Notes under the pieces: model-generated
Database searches by the model: none
Seen by the model: only the letters and a program-made list of their open reading frames with translations
What the model was told of the DNA's origin: nothing
Made by a program: the position numbers and the translations under genes
Shown: positions 39,221 to 52,312 of the stretch, one piece after another
Position numbering within the stretch: position 1 is the first letter of the stretch
How the letters are laid out: each line of letters opens with the position of its first letter
Source of the DNA: Octopus sinensis
Taxonomy: Eukaryota
Direction: 5' to 3'
Assembly (NCBI RefSeq): GCF_006345805.1
Contig: NC_043004.1
Span: 7,254,001-7,318,000, forward strand
Length of the DNA stretch: 64,000 nt

Positions 39221-39924
39221 AACCACATTAAAAAAAGTTGTTTATCTGCGCCTATAACCACATTAAAAAAATCGTTTATTGTCCCAAACTGAGAAAGCAG
39301 CCATAACGACTTCTTTGTTTGTGATCATACTGAGCAACAAAACAAGCCACCAGTTGTTACAGAGCATTCTCTTCTTGTGATGAAACTAGGTATGAGTCTA
39401 TGAGTGCAGAGATGAATATTTACAGACGAGTTCCTGTTTTCCAGTGAGTCTTTATGAGGGCAGAAGACCATATGGATGTTCACAATGAATCAGGTTTGGG
39501 AACCATGCGGTACACGAGTGACATACAAACCCTTTTTGCATATGGTACAAATAATGTACTACGTGGGCACACTTATTAATAGTTACGTAATAACCTTTTG
39601 AATTTTGTAACATAATTTTTAGGTCGTTTATTTAAACAATTTCGTTCCATTTTTCTCTTATTTACTCCAGCTTTCCCTTTTTTCTAAAAAAACAATTCGC
39701 TTATTGTAATTTGTGGTGTCTTCTTTACTATATACAACGTTTGTTAAATTATTCTTTAAATAGTTATGGCCCAATTTATGCCAAGTGATATTGTGACTGA
39801 TGTTGAGCATGAAATTATCAAGGCCACTGCCGTATTCCGGAGAATGGGCGTTATCAGGTCTTCCAACACGTCGTTCTACACACAAAGATCTGGTTCTACA
39901 CTAACATAGTTCTATCAACTCTTT

Positions 39925-40161
39925 TCTATTCCAGTCAGACATGGAAGAGCCCCGTGAAAATCGATAGAAAGCTAGATGTATGCAACCACAGATGCTTGAG
40001 AAGGATTCTGAGAACGTACTAACAAGACCACATAATTAATGAAGCCGTTTTAAAGAGAAGCAATACATGTGATACTTTGCGAAATCGACACAAAAGGAAA
40101 ATTAAAACCAGTAGGTGGCATATTCCAGCTGCCAGAACGAAGCAGTTTTCAAACGGACACC

Positions 40162-40245
<84 letters not shown>

Positions 40246-40378
40246 GATCAAAAACTACATTCACAACTGTAAGAACAAGAGAGGCCAATATCACATGACC
40301 AGATGTAGAGAAAACTGCAACCAACAGAAACCAGTGGCGTTAACTTGCTGCCCAAAGTGTTCGAGAGCAGATAAGGAG
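39925..40378 (+). pseudogene. RTE LINE 3' fragment interrupted by (AG)n, same family as 16850-17205
   Basis: TWKSPVKIDRKLDVCNHRCLRRIL; shared gccaatatcacatgaccagatgtagagaaaactg. Confidence 0.75.
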
Positions 40379-40556
40379 CCGATAACAATGCTGAATATAT
40401 CATAAGGCTCACTGCTAGAAAAAATGTTACTCATATCTGTATTACAATAAACGTGTGAAGCATGCTTTCAGATCATCTCTAAAAAGCTTCCATAAACTGA
40501 CAATATTGTCCTCGTTCTATTCCTACAACATTATTTCTTTTCTCTTAATAGTAAAC

Positions 40557-40568
40557 ATGGATTCCATG
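40557..40568 (+). CDS. Candidate first coding exon (MDSM) of the secreted chitin-binding protein gene
   Basis: aacATGGATTCCATG followed by a strong donor gtaagt (40569-40574). Phase 0 joins in frame to the 48915 exon (MDSM|KFGTM). An AG at 40550-40551 after a pyrimidine tract could make it a 17-nt internal exon. Confidence 0.45.
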
Positions 40569-40912
40569 GTAAGTTTATATATCATCAGTTTTTAGATTTT
40601 AAGATTTATCTCTTGCGATATCAACCTACTTTTGGGTTTTCGTCTTTGGTAGAAACCTCTGATCAAGTTTGCGCATTAGTCTTCGGTTAGGCAGCATTCA
40701 GCCATGTTGTGGTGTCTACATCCTTATCTTTCTTGTTGCTCTTTCTCTCTCAAACAAAGAATCGCTACTGCAAGTGTTGAATGCTATCTGTCTCGTAAAC
40801 TGAAAACGTGTATAGGTAAATATACACACATACAGACACACAGACACACACACAGACACAAGAATACACACACACACACATACACACACCCATACACACA
40901 CATACACATACG

Positions 40913-40947
<35 letters not shown>

Positions 40948-42970
40948 ACGCACGTATGTGTGTATGTGCATTTATTTAGATTTATCCGTCATTCGAACAT
41001 TTGAATTCATTGTAATTCTGAAAATAAAGGGTTAACTTTTCGTTTTACTTTTAGCTCCGCAACAATCTGCTTTGCCATTCAACTCGTTTACATCAATAAT
41101 ACAATACCAGTAACATTCTGGGCTTGAGCGTATATATTGCGCCCATCTCTTACAACCTCTTACAGCAAAACCAATCTTTATTTTGTTGTGTCTGGGGAGA
41201 GTCATTTTCTTTTCATGCCTTATAATGTAACACACACACACCGGTAACATTTCCACTTATTTCTTATTTTTATTTTCCTTAAATTTTCGTTGCGTCTTGC
41301 AACCTTTTCAATAGTCGTGAATGTGTTACATTATAAGGCACAAAAAGAAAATAACCCTCCCCAGACACAACAAAATATGCTTCAACACACGAATTCATAT
41401 AAAGAATCTTGCAAACCAAATCCCAAAACGAAATCTTTATTTTGTTTTGTAAAAAGTGAATATCATGATTTAGGTTCAATTATGATTATACTATAAGGTT
41501 CTTACATAAATTCGTTGTTTTCTCTTTCTATTTGGCATCCCATTGTCATATCTATGAATAGAAGTAAAAATCTATACAAATTTCAGAAACGATAAATAAC
41601 AGTTGTAGAAGCTAAAAAGGGCTACAAAAGCCCCATAAAAACCCAACGATAAAAATATTTTCCGCGTTAATTCAAATGACATTGGAAAAGATTTAGCATT
41701 AAAAGAAAAAGAAAATGAAAATGAATAAATAAATAAAAAGGCAAACATATTTATTTGACAACCGAATAGAAAAATTTCCTTCATCTTTAAAAATAATTTT
41801 GAAGATAACAACGTTTAAATAAAGCATAAAAGAGAAAGAACAATTTGTTTCAGAATTTCATATGAGATAATCTTTTTTTGAATAAGAGAAAATAAAATTT
41901 CTGCAAGGTGAATATTTTGAACTAAATATCGAGTCTGCTACAATCTGTTTATTCAAATACGAGTTCGAAGACGTTTTTAAATCTATTTTGACATGACGAA
42001 GTCATCATATCTTGATGGTAAACTATTTTGTGACGAAGAAAATAAGGAGTGAATTAAGGGGCAAAAATTAATTGTTACAATGTTTCTAATCTGTGATTTT
42101 TCTCTGAAATATAATTGGGGAATACAAACATGATAAATTAGAAAAGATTTCTTTTACCATGCCGTAAATCCAATTCTTTTTTTTTTTTATAATTCTAGCA
42201 TTTTTGTTTTATTATTTTGTAATCTGCTGAAATTATTTGTAGCTGGTGAATAATAAATATACGTATGAAATAAGTAGATGAACAAATCGATAATAAAATA
42301 GATAAAAAGAAGATATAAATATACAAACTGTTAAGCATTGCTGGAAGATTAAATCTACAATAAAGAACTAAACCTTCACCAAAAGATTAAAATGACTACA
42401 GAAATACAATGTCAGCAACAACTAGAACAAAGACAACAGCAGTAATACATATATATAACAATATGCGAGAAGGAAATATCTATCTAGACTATTGTTCCCA
42501 GTTTCAAAATAAATCACAGGTGCGTCAAGGCTTTCGGTTCATTTAGAATATTCTGGTTAGAAATTTTTTTTTACAGAGATTGTCATGGAGAATTATTAAA
42601 ATATTTTTTTTTGTAAACTAGAGATTAAATGAGATTAGTAGCCAGGAATAATGTTATTGGTTATTTGAAAGACCAATCGTATATTCTAAAGTTTCTCTCA
42701 CGTCTCTCTTCTCTCTTTCTCCACCCACACTTCCATTTGTCTGTCTATCTATTTGTGTGTGCGTGTGTCATATTTAGATACACAAGCACATATACATACA
42801 GAAGTAAATATGTGGCCATATAGAAACGTAGATGCAGACATACTCATACAAAATACTAATATATAGAATTGTATGTATGTATGTATGTATGTATGTATGT
42901 ATGTATGTATGTATGTATGTATGTATGTATAATTTTATGTATGTTTGTATGTATGTATGCGTGCATATAT

Positions 42971-43040
<70 letters not shown>

Positions 43041-43611
43041 CACATACAAACACATATAAGTATATATAAACATACATTCATATGGATATGTATATCAATC
43101 TTTTCTTTCTTTCTCCTCTTCTCTCTCTTTCTCTATCTGTCTTTATATATGTATATGTATATACACATATACACACACATATACATACATACACACGCAC
43201 ACACACACACATACATATATATTGTATATGTATACCCCACTACAGCCTTCCGCGCTCACAAGTACACATACATTCAGGAACAAATTATACATAAAAATTA
43301 ATTGCTATAGTGATGAAAATTAACAAATCGTTAATCATTTGAATACGACATAATTAATACGCCCCACGTAAGAAAGTATATAAGGCCTTTACAAAGCAAC
43401 ATCTCTTGAAGTCGTTACTCCTGGGTCAGTACAGAATGACGCTTCATCACAAATCCACAGTAGGTTCTTTTTACAGAATTCATTTGTATTATCCTCTTCT
43501 GCATGTTTTTGTATATTTATTTTCTCATTTTCTCATCTTTCAGTACCAGCCTCTTTTCCTAAATCTTCTTCTTCTTCTTCTTCTTCTTCTTCTTCTTCTT
43601 CTTCTTTGCAA

Positions 43612-43862
43612 GGTGACTAGCTGGCAGAATGGTTAACACGCAGGCACAAAATATTTAACGGTATGCCGCTACTTTCTGAGTTCAAATTCGAGGTTGACTT
43701 TGCCTTTCATCCTTCTGGGGTCGATAAAATAAGTACCAGTTCCGCACTGGGGTCGATGTAATCGACTAGCCCCTTTGCACCCAAAATTTTCAAGGCCTTG
43801 TGCCTATTTCTAGGCACGAGGCCTTGAAAACTTTGGGTGCAAAGGGGCTAGTCGATTACATC

Positions 43863-43864
<2 letters not shown>
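43612..43864 (+). mobile_element. SINE family A with a 54-bp 3' fold-back inversion
   Basis: Arms 43753-43806 and 43811-43864, 2 mismatches. Confidence 0.88.
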
Positions 43865-43902
<38 letters not shown>

Positions 43903-43914
43903 TATTATTATTAT

Positions 43915-44112
43915 TGAGACAGCGAGCTGGCAGAATTGTTAGCACACCAGCGAAATGCTCAGTGGTATTTTGTTTGTCACTACTTGCGCCGAGGTAAAAT
44001 TTGCCTTTCATCCTTTTGGGGTCGATAACTTAAGTAGCAGTGAAATACTGGGGTCGATGCGATCGACTTATCCCCTCTCCCAAAACTGCTGTCATCGTGG
44101 CAAAATTTGAAA
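43915..44112 (+). mobile_element. SINE family A between (TAA)/(ATT) tracts
   Basis: Family A head, body and tail. Confidence 0.8.
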
Positions 44113-44113
44113 C

Positions 44114-44181
<68 letters not shown>

Positions 44182-44512
44182 TAAAACTCACAGCTTATTT
44201 TGCTGGGTATGATGGAAAATGTCAGCTGTCCACAGCCAATAGACTAAGGCGACACTTGTTTTACTGGTTATGCTTCAAGAACCCTGCGAAGAATTCTTGC
44301 AATTCCAAGCAATGCAGATTTTTGTAGGTGTTCTACCTTCACACTTGTACCGATCTTTTTCAGCCATGTTGATAGTTGAGTGCAGATACTTCCAAGTGCA
44401 CCAATTACTATTGATATCTACGCTCTTCATTGACCACAACCTTCGTATTTCCCACTTCAAATCGTCATAGTTGTTTATTTTTTTCTTCTTCTTTCGCATT
44501 GATCCTGTTGTC
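44182..44512 (-). mobile_element. R4/Dong-like LINE 3' end abutting (TAA)n
   Basis: PGDNRINAKEEEKINNYDDLKWEIRRLWSMKSV...GA...KVEHLQKSALLGIARILRRVL-like RLE C-terminus, 3'UTR, then (TAA)n. Confidence 0.8.
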
Positions 44513-44535
44513 ACCGAGGCATGCTATATCGATTA

Positions 44536-46786
44536 CACTGGGCAACAAAAATAGATTTATTGACTGCTACCCAGACAAATGGTGATGTACCAAACTAAAT
44601 CGAATACGCTGATTACGAATCTGAACTCAGAATTACTGTAACACGTCAGGATTTTGAGATATGCGTTTAATTATATATTAATACTATATTAGTATCAGGA
44701 ATATTTAAGTTCAAGGTAAATAATTATTATAATAGTATATTATTACTGTACATAGTATATTTATGTTCAAGGCAAATAATATTATAATATAATGGTACAT
44801 AGTATATTTATGTTAAGGGAATACTCAGTTTATTTTTTCATATGCTCAGCTTAGAAATATTTGAGACACTTGCTCTTGCGCTTATGCGTAGTGCTGGTCT
44901 CCCGATGTAGGAACCAGCAGTAGTCACCCATCACGTGTAGATTGAACAGGCCTTGATACCTCGTTTCCACCTCAAATATATCCTGGTGGATTCTCTCAAC
45001 AGCTCATCACTACGGGTACCAAGATTCGATGGAAAAAAAAATCGAGATGAGAATGCAAGAAGTGCATTTTAAGGGACATTCGGCATCCCATTCTTTCATA
45101 CGCTGTTAGCATGTTGCTTATTAAATCAGCATAGTTTTCAACTCTATGATTTCCAAGAAAGTACTGTACAACTAACACGAATGAATCCCATGCCGTCAGC
45201 TCAACTGGATTCAGTTTACTTCTGAATTTGCTATCAGATATCAATTCTCTGATCTCGGGTCCAATGAAAATGCCTGCTTTCAGTTTTGCGTCACTTTTCT
45301 CTGCCCCAAATTTTACTTTTAGGTACTGGAAGCCACAATCATCATATGTCATTGCTTTTACGAAGTTTTTCATGAGGCCGAGTTTGATGTGAAGGGGTGG
45401 AAGGAAGATCTTTTGCGGGTCTACCAGTGGCATGTGCTGCACATTGTACCAACTATGAGCTCATATCTTTTAGGCCAGTCTTTTACAGTGTAATGATTGC
45501 TGTCGTCGCGGTTGTCCCAAACACACAAGAAGCACGTATTTTTAGTATATTTGCAGTCCTAGGAGGAGGGAAATCACCTTTAAATCACCACAAATATTCC
45601 ACTTACGAACTGAGTAATTAACTTCTTTCAGAATGAGTTTCTTCCATATCGACAACATGACTCACAGGAATGGAAGGTTTTTCATTAACATTATGTAACA
45701 ACACAGCTTGGAGGCTAACCTTATTCGAGTCTATAAACAATCTCCATTCGTTAGCCGCATGCACGTGTCCTAGCTTTTGCATGAGTGCATTAACATCTGT
45801 ACAGAAACAAGCACCTTGCTGTAGGGGATCCCGTTATTGTAGTTTGGATCCCAAAACTTCTGCCCTCTCCTTTGACAATGTTAGGTCTCTTACTAACTCA
45901 TTCAAATCTTCTTGATTAAACTAGCCTGGCTTATTTTTCTTAGAATCAACTACGTGCTCTTCACCGATACGAGAGTGATTGGGGTTCATCGTGCGACGTG
46001 TCAAGATTTTCAAATGAAGCATGTAATAGGGTAACTGGGACAGGATTCTCGAAGTCATGCGGGACCGGTTTTAGATCCGACTTACAATCTGCATACACAA
46101 TTTTTGCTTTGGCCTTCTTTGAGAAACCACTAATATTAGTCATGCAAAAGTAACAATCAGAGACATGATTGGCTGGCTCACGCCATATCATTGGTACAGC
46201 AAAAGGCATTTCCTTTCGTTTTCCATTCGCCCACTGTGTTATCTCTGAGTAACACACAGTGCAGTATTTATGAGATGCCTTGGTCCCTAACTTTACACTC
46301 GAAATAGTATTTATAGGCAGTTTTTAATTTGGTGGCAATGTTCTTCCGCCGGTCACGCGAAGCAAATTTCCCACAGACATAACAAAAGTTGTCTTGATGA
46401 TTCACATAGCCTCTCCTATTCATGATCTAACACAATGAACACAGTTAAAACAGTAATCACGCAAAGCGAGAGATACACATACCACACATAACGGTAGCGC
46501 AAACGACACTGTGAGTTACCAAGAACAAACTGACGTATGTGGCATTGCGCACAATACATCAGCGCTATCTATTGCTAAACTAAATAATGAACTTTCTCAT
46601 ATTAAGACGGCTTTCATTTTAACAAATTTTATAATACTACCTATATCTAACCGAAAGTATAGTTATAATCTTGCGCATGCGCATAATTCAAAATCCTGAC
46701 GTGCTAGAACAATTCTGAGAGCGAATTTGGAATCACCATCATTGATTTAGTCTAAATCACAGTAGCAAAATCTTTGTTGTCCAGTA
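44536..46786 (-). mobile_element. Chapaev3 (CMC superfamily) DNA transposon, both ends present, degraded transposase
   Basis: Ends cactgggcaacaaa / tttgttgtccagta with TTA duplicated (44533-44535, 46787-46789). ORF from ATG 46423: DNFCYVCG, WREPANHVSDCYFC, WRLFIDS, ICGDLKV, LPPLHIKLGLMKNFVKA, MSLKMHFLHSHLDFF. Confidence 0.85.
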
Positions 46787-46799
46787 TTATCATATATAT

Positions 46800-46978
46800 T
46801 CTTTGTTTTGTTATTCACCACAACAATATCCGGTTTCCGATGCTATATGGATTCGGATGAAATTTTCAGGGATGTTTGGCCTCGTGACTGGCACGAACTT
46901 ATTAGGTTTTGGGATCGATCAGGTACTGGTGTTGCCTTGGCGGAAGTTTGCGCTCTCTGAGTGCTGTTATTATTATTA
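46800..46978 (-). mobile_element. Internally deleted copy of the 47874 HINE-like element
   Basis: Reverse complement of gcactcagagagcgcaaac.tccgcc joined directly to gatcgatcccaa...catccctgaaaatttcatccgaatcc. Confidence 0.7.
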
Positions 46979-47354
46979 TTGCTTTGTTTTATGCTAGCTG
47001 TTCCAAGTCTTACTCAGAGATCTCAAGAAACAGCATGTTGGACATTTTTACTTTGGGCGTTATTTATGATTAGCAATGATATAGTGTACGTGGAAGAAGC
47101 CAGAATCTGAGAACTAAAATTCTGTTAAATTTGTAATGTTTTACTTTTTGTAGAGTTTTAAGAGAATCAAGTGTTTTCAACTTTATAATAGTTTTCTTTG
47201 GAGGTGAGTAGCACTCATGAGAACAATTTTTTCTGTTGTTCTGATGCCTTGAGGTTTCCTGGTATTTTGCGATAGTGTTTAAGAGGGCTTTTTGGTAGAG
47301 ACTATGATGATGATCATAATAATAATAATAATAATGATAATAATAATAATAATA

Positions 47355-47795
47355 TGCTCAATACCACAGATTTGCTTGTCAGTTGTTTGACCGTAACCAG
47401 TTGAGCATGTCCCTTAGTGGCTGACGATATGTGCATCTCTGATCACGAGCAGAAGTAGTGGGGGAGCATCATAGCCATGTGTTGAGAGGGATTCTTTCGG
47501 GTTTGAATAATTCACTTCTGGAAACATGGGTGGTTCTTTCAACATCCTTAAACAACCCTTATTCAGGGACCTTTTGAGCAGGATGGGCTACTCAACCAGA
47601 AGAAAATTCTAACAGGGTCCCACCTGCAAGGTCATGTGCTGTTTATCTTGATATGAGATCACCATGTCGCGCTCATATGGTTGTGATGCATGTGCCTGGT
47701 GTACCCTTATCAGACGGGTAGTCATGATGGGTATATTGGGCTTCGTATATTTTACCCCAGTGTCACTTTTATGGCATGAACTGCTCTCTCACTCA
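47355..47795. repeat. Unclassified interspersed repeat flanked by (TAA)n on both sides
   Basis: (TAA)n at 47310-47354 and 47796-47870; partial reverse copy at 19000-19120. Confidence 0.7.
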
Positions 47796-47813
47796 ATAAT
47801 AATAATAATGATG

Positions 47814-47873
<60 letters not shown>

Positions 47874-47877
<4 letters not shown>

Positions 47878-48225
47878 GAGCACTCAGAGAGCGCAAACCT
47901 CCGCCAGTACAACACCAACGACTTCTTAACGATTAGCCGGTGATGATTTTTAAAATGAGAATATCTGAAATAAACTCGACAGCTCTCACAGACGAGAATA
48001 CTAAAAATGAACCCGACCGCTCTCAAAAATTAAGTAAAAAAAAAACCCGGAAAAATAACCCAGAATCCTTGCCGGTACCGGATCGATCCCAAGATCCAAT
48101 TATCTCGGGCCAGTCATTTCCCTGAAAGTTTCATCCGAATCCATCTTGCGGTTCTTGAGATATTTTGTTCATGGACAAACAAACAACTGAAACAATACTT
48201 CCGCCTTCGCTAAGGCGGAGGTAAC
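47874..48225 (+). mobile_element. Helentron-associated non-autonomous element (HINE/DINE-1-like)
   Basis: 5' acaagagcactcagagagcgcaaacctccgcc and 3' hairpin acttccgcc-ttcgcta-aggcggaggt that repeats the 5' motif. Confidence 0.6.
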
Positions 48226-48253
48226 AATAATAATAATAATAATAATAATTATA

Positions 48254-48351
<98 letters not shown>

Positions 48352-48352
<1 letters not shown>

Positions 48353-48870
48353 AGGCGGTGAGCTGGCAGAATCCTGAGCGCGCTGGACGAAATGCATAGC
48401 GGTATTTCGCTCGTCGCTACGTTCTGAGTTCAAATACCGCCGAGGTTGACTATACCTGTCATCTTTTCGGGTTCGATAAATTAAGTACCAGTTGAACACT
48501 GGGGTCGATGTAATCGACTCTTCCCTACATCTCCCAAGCTGTCCTTGTGGCAAAAATTTGTAATAGTACCAATAATAATATTATTATTTCGGTGTTGGTA
48601 AAATAAGTACCTGTGAAACACTGGGGTCGATGTAATATTGACTAGTCCTCTGCCCCCAAATTTCCGGCCTTGTGTTTTCAGTTGAAAGGATTATTATAAT
48701 TATTAACGCAGCGGACTGTCTACGTTCTGGGTTCAAATGCCGCCACGGTTGACTTTTCCTTTCATCTTTTCGGGGTCCATAAAACAGAATACCAGTTGAG
48801 CACTGGGATTAAATTAATCGTCTAGCCCCTTCCCCCTTAAATTTATTGGTCCTGTGCCAAAAATCTGAAA
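48352..48870 (+). mobile_element. Cluster of three family A SINE copies or fragments separated by ATT tracts
   Basis: Repeated aagtaccagttg...ctggggtcgatgtaat body. Confidence 0.8.
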
Positions 48871-48914
48871 GAATTATTGAATAATCAATAATTTATTTTA
48901 CATTTTCTTTGCAG

Positions 48915-48993
48915 AAATTTGGCACCATGTCATTAAATATAATTTTCCTAATAACACTGTGTTGCCTAATTAAGGAAACATTGTCTGCAGTTT
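48915..48993 (+). CDS. Signal-peptide exon of the chitin-binding protein gene (KFGT-MSLNIIFLITLCCLIKETLSAV)
   Basis: Acceptor tttacattttctttgcag, Kozak-like gcaccATG at 48927, hydrophobic signal-peptide-like stretch, donor gtaagt at 48994. Ends in phase 1. Confidence 0.75.
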
Positions 48994-49334
48994 GTAAGTA
49001 TTTTCGATCTTTTAAAATATATTCATTAAACAGATTTTAATTCCAGAACATAAATTCGAGGATAAACTTATTGAGGAAATTTAGATTCACATAATCGATA
49101 TAACGCTCTAAGAATAATTTATAAAACCACAGCAAAAACCAAGCCAAAAAACAAACAAAAAACAAAAACAAAACAAAGCAAAAAAAAACAAAAACAAATA
49201 AAAACTTTTTAAGAGATGAATTTATTGAAGCTATAACGCATCTGATAATTTGCATCGTGTCCGAGTGGTCACGTTAGTCGGTATAAAAACAAAAGCAGAT
49301 TTTCATTAAAAATTCTTCATAAAGTACCTCATGG

Positions 49335-50008
49335 CCGTGTGGTTAACAAACTCGTTTTGCAACCATGCGGTATCGGGTTCAGACCCACTAAGCGGCACCT
49401 TGGGCTTCTGCAATATTTACAGACTGACCAGTGTCTTGTGAGTGAATTTGTTAGACGAAATCTGTGTGGAAGTCCGTCGTGTGTGTGTGTCTGTCTGTGT
49501 GCGCGGGTATGTGTATTTATATAGTGGTTTGGGCGTTACATTCACGATCGCTAGACCATAGGTTCGATTCCCGCACCGAGCGATATGTTATGTCCTTGAA
49601 CAAAATACTTCATTTCACGTTGCTTTGCTATCATTTCGACATCTGACGCGCGGCCCATCTATGCACCTGTTCAGACAACGTCGATCTGATGTAGAGAGTG
49701 AGTTAATGTGTGGCACGAACGTTCGATCCCTATAAGCAATCATTTGGGCAAATCGTTCAGCAAAAACTGAATGCTTATTCGTCGTCTTCCACAGGAGTGT
49801 CTGTCATATAAAGGGCAGAATCGGTAGCACACCGGGCGAAGTACGTAACGGCATTTGTCTTTACGTTCTGAGTTCAAATACCGCCAAGGTTGACTTTACC
49901 TTCTATCCTTTCGGGGTCGATAAAACAAGTACCAGTTGAGTATTGGGGTTGATGTAATCGATGTATCCCCTCCCCTCAAATTGCTGGCCTCGTGCCAAAT
50001 TTTGAAAC

Positions 50009-50040
<32 letters not shown>

Positions 50041-50405
50041 TGTATGTATGTATGATGTATGTATGTATGAATGTATGTATGTACGTATGTATGTATGTGT
50101 GTGTGTGTGTGCGTGTGTGCGTGTGTATGTATGTATATGTGTGTGTATCTGTGTTTGTTTCCTTCACCACCTAATGACCGGTGTTGGTTAGTTTACGTTC
50201 CAGTAAATTAGTGGTTCGGCAAGGAAAGCCGATAGAATAAGTACTAAACTTCAAAGAAAAAAACAAAAAGAAAAGAGAAGAAAGACTAAAACACCCCACT
50301 GCCCCGAAAACCAAAGAAATACTGGGGTCCATTTGTTCGGCTAGAAAAACAAAAAAATCCCAAAACACCCTTCAAGGCGATGCCCCAGTATGGTCGCAAT
50401 CCAAG
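49335..50405 (+). mobile_element. Nested SINE cluster (family B halves, a third-family SINE, family A at 49815-50008)
   Basis: Family B 5' half at 49335-49500 and 3' half at 50145-50405, with other SINEs between them. Confidence 0.7.
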
Positions 50406-50483
50406 GACTAACAAATAAAAGCTAAACATGCAAAGGAAGAGTGATTTATCAGTATTATGAGACATAGAAGGAAGTCTCCATAT

Positions 50484-50878
50484 TCTTTTCTACTCTAGGC
50501 ACAAGGCCCGAAATTTTTGGGGAGGGAGCCAGTCGATTAGCTCGACCCTACTACGTAACTGGTACTTAATTTATCGACCCCGAAAAGATGAAAGGCAAAG
50601 TCGACCTCGGCGAAATTTGAACTGAGAATGTAAAGACAGACGAAATACCTATTTCTTTACTACCCACAAGAGGCTAAACACAGAGGGGACAAACAAGGAC
50701 AAACAAACGGATTTAGTCGATTACATCGACCCCAGTGCATAACTGGTACTTAATTTATCGACCCCGAAAGGATGAAAGGCAAAGTCGACCTCGGCGAAAT
50801 TTGAACTCACAACGTAACGGCAGACGAAATACCGCTAAGCATTTCGCCCGGCGTGCTAACGATTCTGCCAGCTCGCAG
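50484..50878 (-). mobile_element. Composite family A SINE: head-body-tailA-body-tailB
   Basis: Junction gggtagtaaagaaata|ggtatttcg at 50649/50650. Confidence 0.88.
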
Positions 50879-51129
50879 CCTTAGGAAGTCCCCATATTCG
50901 TCAAAGTTTGATGTGTAGGTTTAAGTTGAAAGATCAGCAAAGGGCCTCGGTGTGTTCAGTAAAAGTTATGCAACAACATTCAATAAGACTACCCTAAGCC
51001 ATTGACTTGCGATCTTCTCTGTTATGCATGAAAACATAGAATAGCATTTTGCCTTAGAAATATCTTAGCAACAGCAAATCTGACAGGAGGTTAAGTGTAT
51101 TTCGTGTTAAAGGACGAAGCATTACGATG

Positions 51130-51271
51130 TCAGAGCAGCAGTAGCAGAGGCGGCGACGGTGGCGGTGGCGGCGGCAACAATACCATCAACAGTGACGACG
51201 GCGAAAACGCTGCTGCTGCTGCTGCTGCTACTACTACTACTACTACCACCACCACCACCACCACCACCACC

Positions 51272-51315
<44 letters not shown>

Positions 51316-51352
51316 CACCACTACTACTACTACTACCACCACCACCACCACC

Positions 51353-51388
<36 letters not shown>

Positions 51389-51630
51389 GCAACAATAACA
51401 ACTACAACAGCAACTACTACTGCAGCTACAGCTGTCACCACCACTACCACCACCATCACCACAATCACATCGACGATAACGGCGACGACGACGGCCACCC
51501 CACTACTACTACTACCACCAGCACCACCAGCACCACCAGCACCACCACTACTACTACCAGCACCACCAGCACCACCAGCACCACCAGCACCAGCACCAGC
51601 ACCAGCACCACTACTACTACTACTACTACA
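51130..51630. repeat. Compound trinucleotide microsatellite (GCT/ACT/ACC/CCAGCA)
   Basis: Visible directly; explains the poly-T/V/L/P ORFs. Confidence 0.9.
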
Positions 51631-51944
51631 GCCTGATAAGTCTTTTGACGAGTAAAGGTGTGTGTAGGTCTGGGCAGGTGATTGCCTTGGACCGTTTCCA
51701 AGGTAACAGAATCACTCTCAATAAACTATAAATCAGTATAAACTTCAAGTAATATTTACCCATGAAAAGTAATAAAGGAGAAATATTGACATCATCAACA
51801 GATATGGCTGTGTAGTAAGAAGTTTGGTTCCCAACCACATGGTTCCGAGTTCAGTCCCACTGTGTGGCACCTTGGCAAGTGTCTTCTACTATAGCTTCGA
51901 GTTACAATAAGTGTGTGTGTTTGTGTTTGTCTCCCCGTTATCGA

Positions 51945-52312
51945 AATTTTGGGGGATGGGGGCTAGTCGATTAGATCGACCCCAGTACGCAACTGGTACT
52001 TAATTTATCGACCTCGAAAGGATGAAAGGCAAAGTCGACCTCGGCGGAATTTGAACTCAGAACGTAACGGCAGACGAAATACCTATTTCTTTACTACCCA
52101 CAAGAGGCTAAACACAAAGAGGACAAACAAGGACAGACAAACGGATTAAGTCGATTACATCGACCCCAGTGCGTAACTGGTACTTATTTAATCGACCTCG
52201 AAAGGATGAAAGGCAAAGTCGACCTCGGTGGAATTTGAACTCAGAACGTAACAGCAGACGAAATACTGCTAAGCATTTCCCCCGGCGTGCTAACGTTTCT
52301 GCTAGCTCGCCG
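51945..52312 (-). mobile_element. Second composite family A SINE
   Basis: Identical junction at 52083/52084. Confidence 0.88.

Noticed and set aside
40653-40812. Exon-like segment just after the first donor (ORF MLWCLHPYLSCC...)
   Set aside because: Splicing from MDSM meets a stop within 9 codons, and the 48915 exon gives a much better signal peptide.
51095-51655. 186-aa ORF with poly-Thr and PPAPPA, superficially mucin-like next to a chitin-binding gene
   Set aside because: It is a compound trinucleotide repeat, open by construction. Splicing its only nearby acceptor (aag|GAC) to the phase 1 signal-peptide exon gives T|GA stop.
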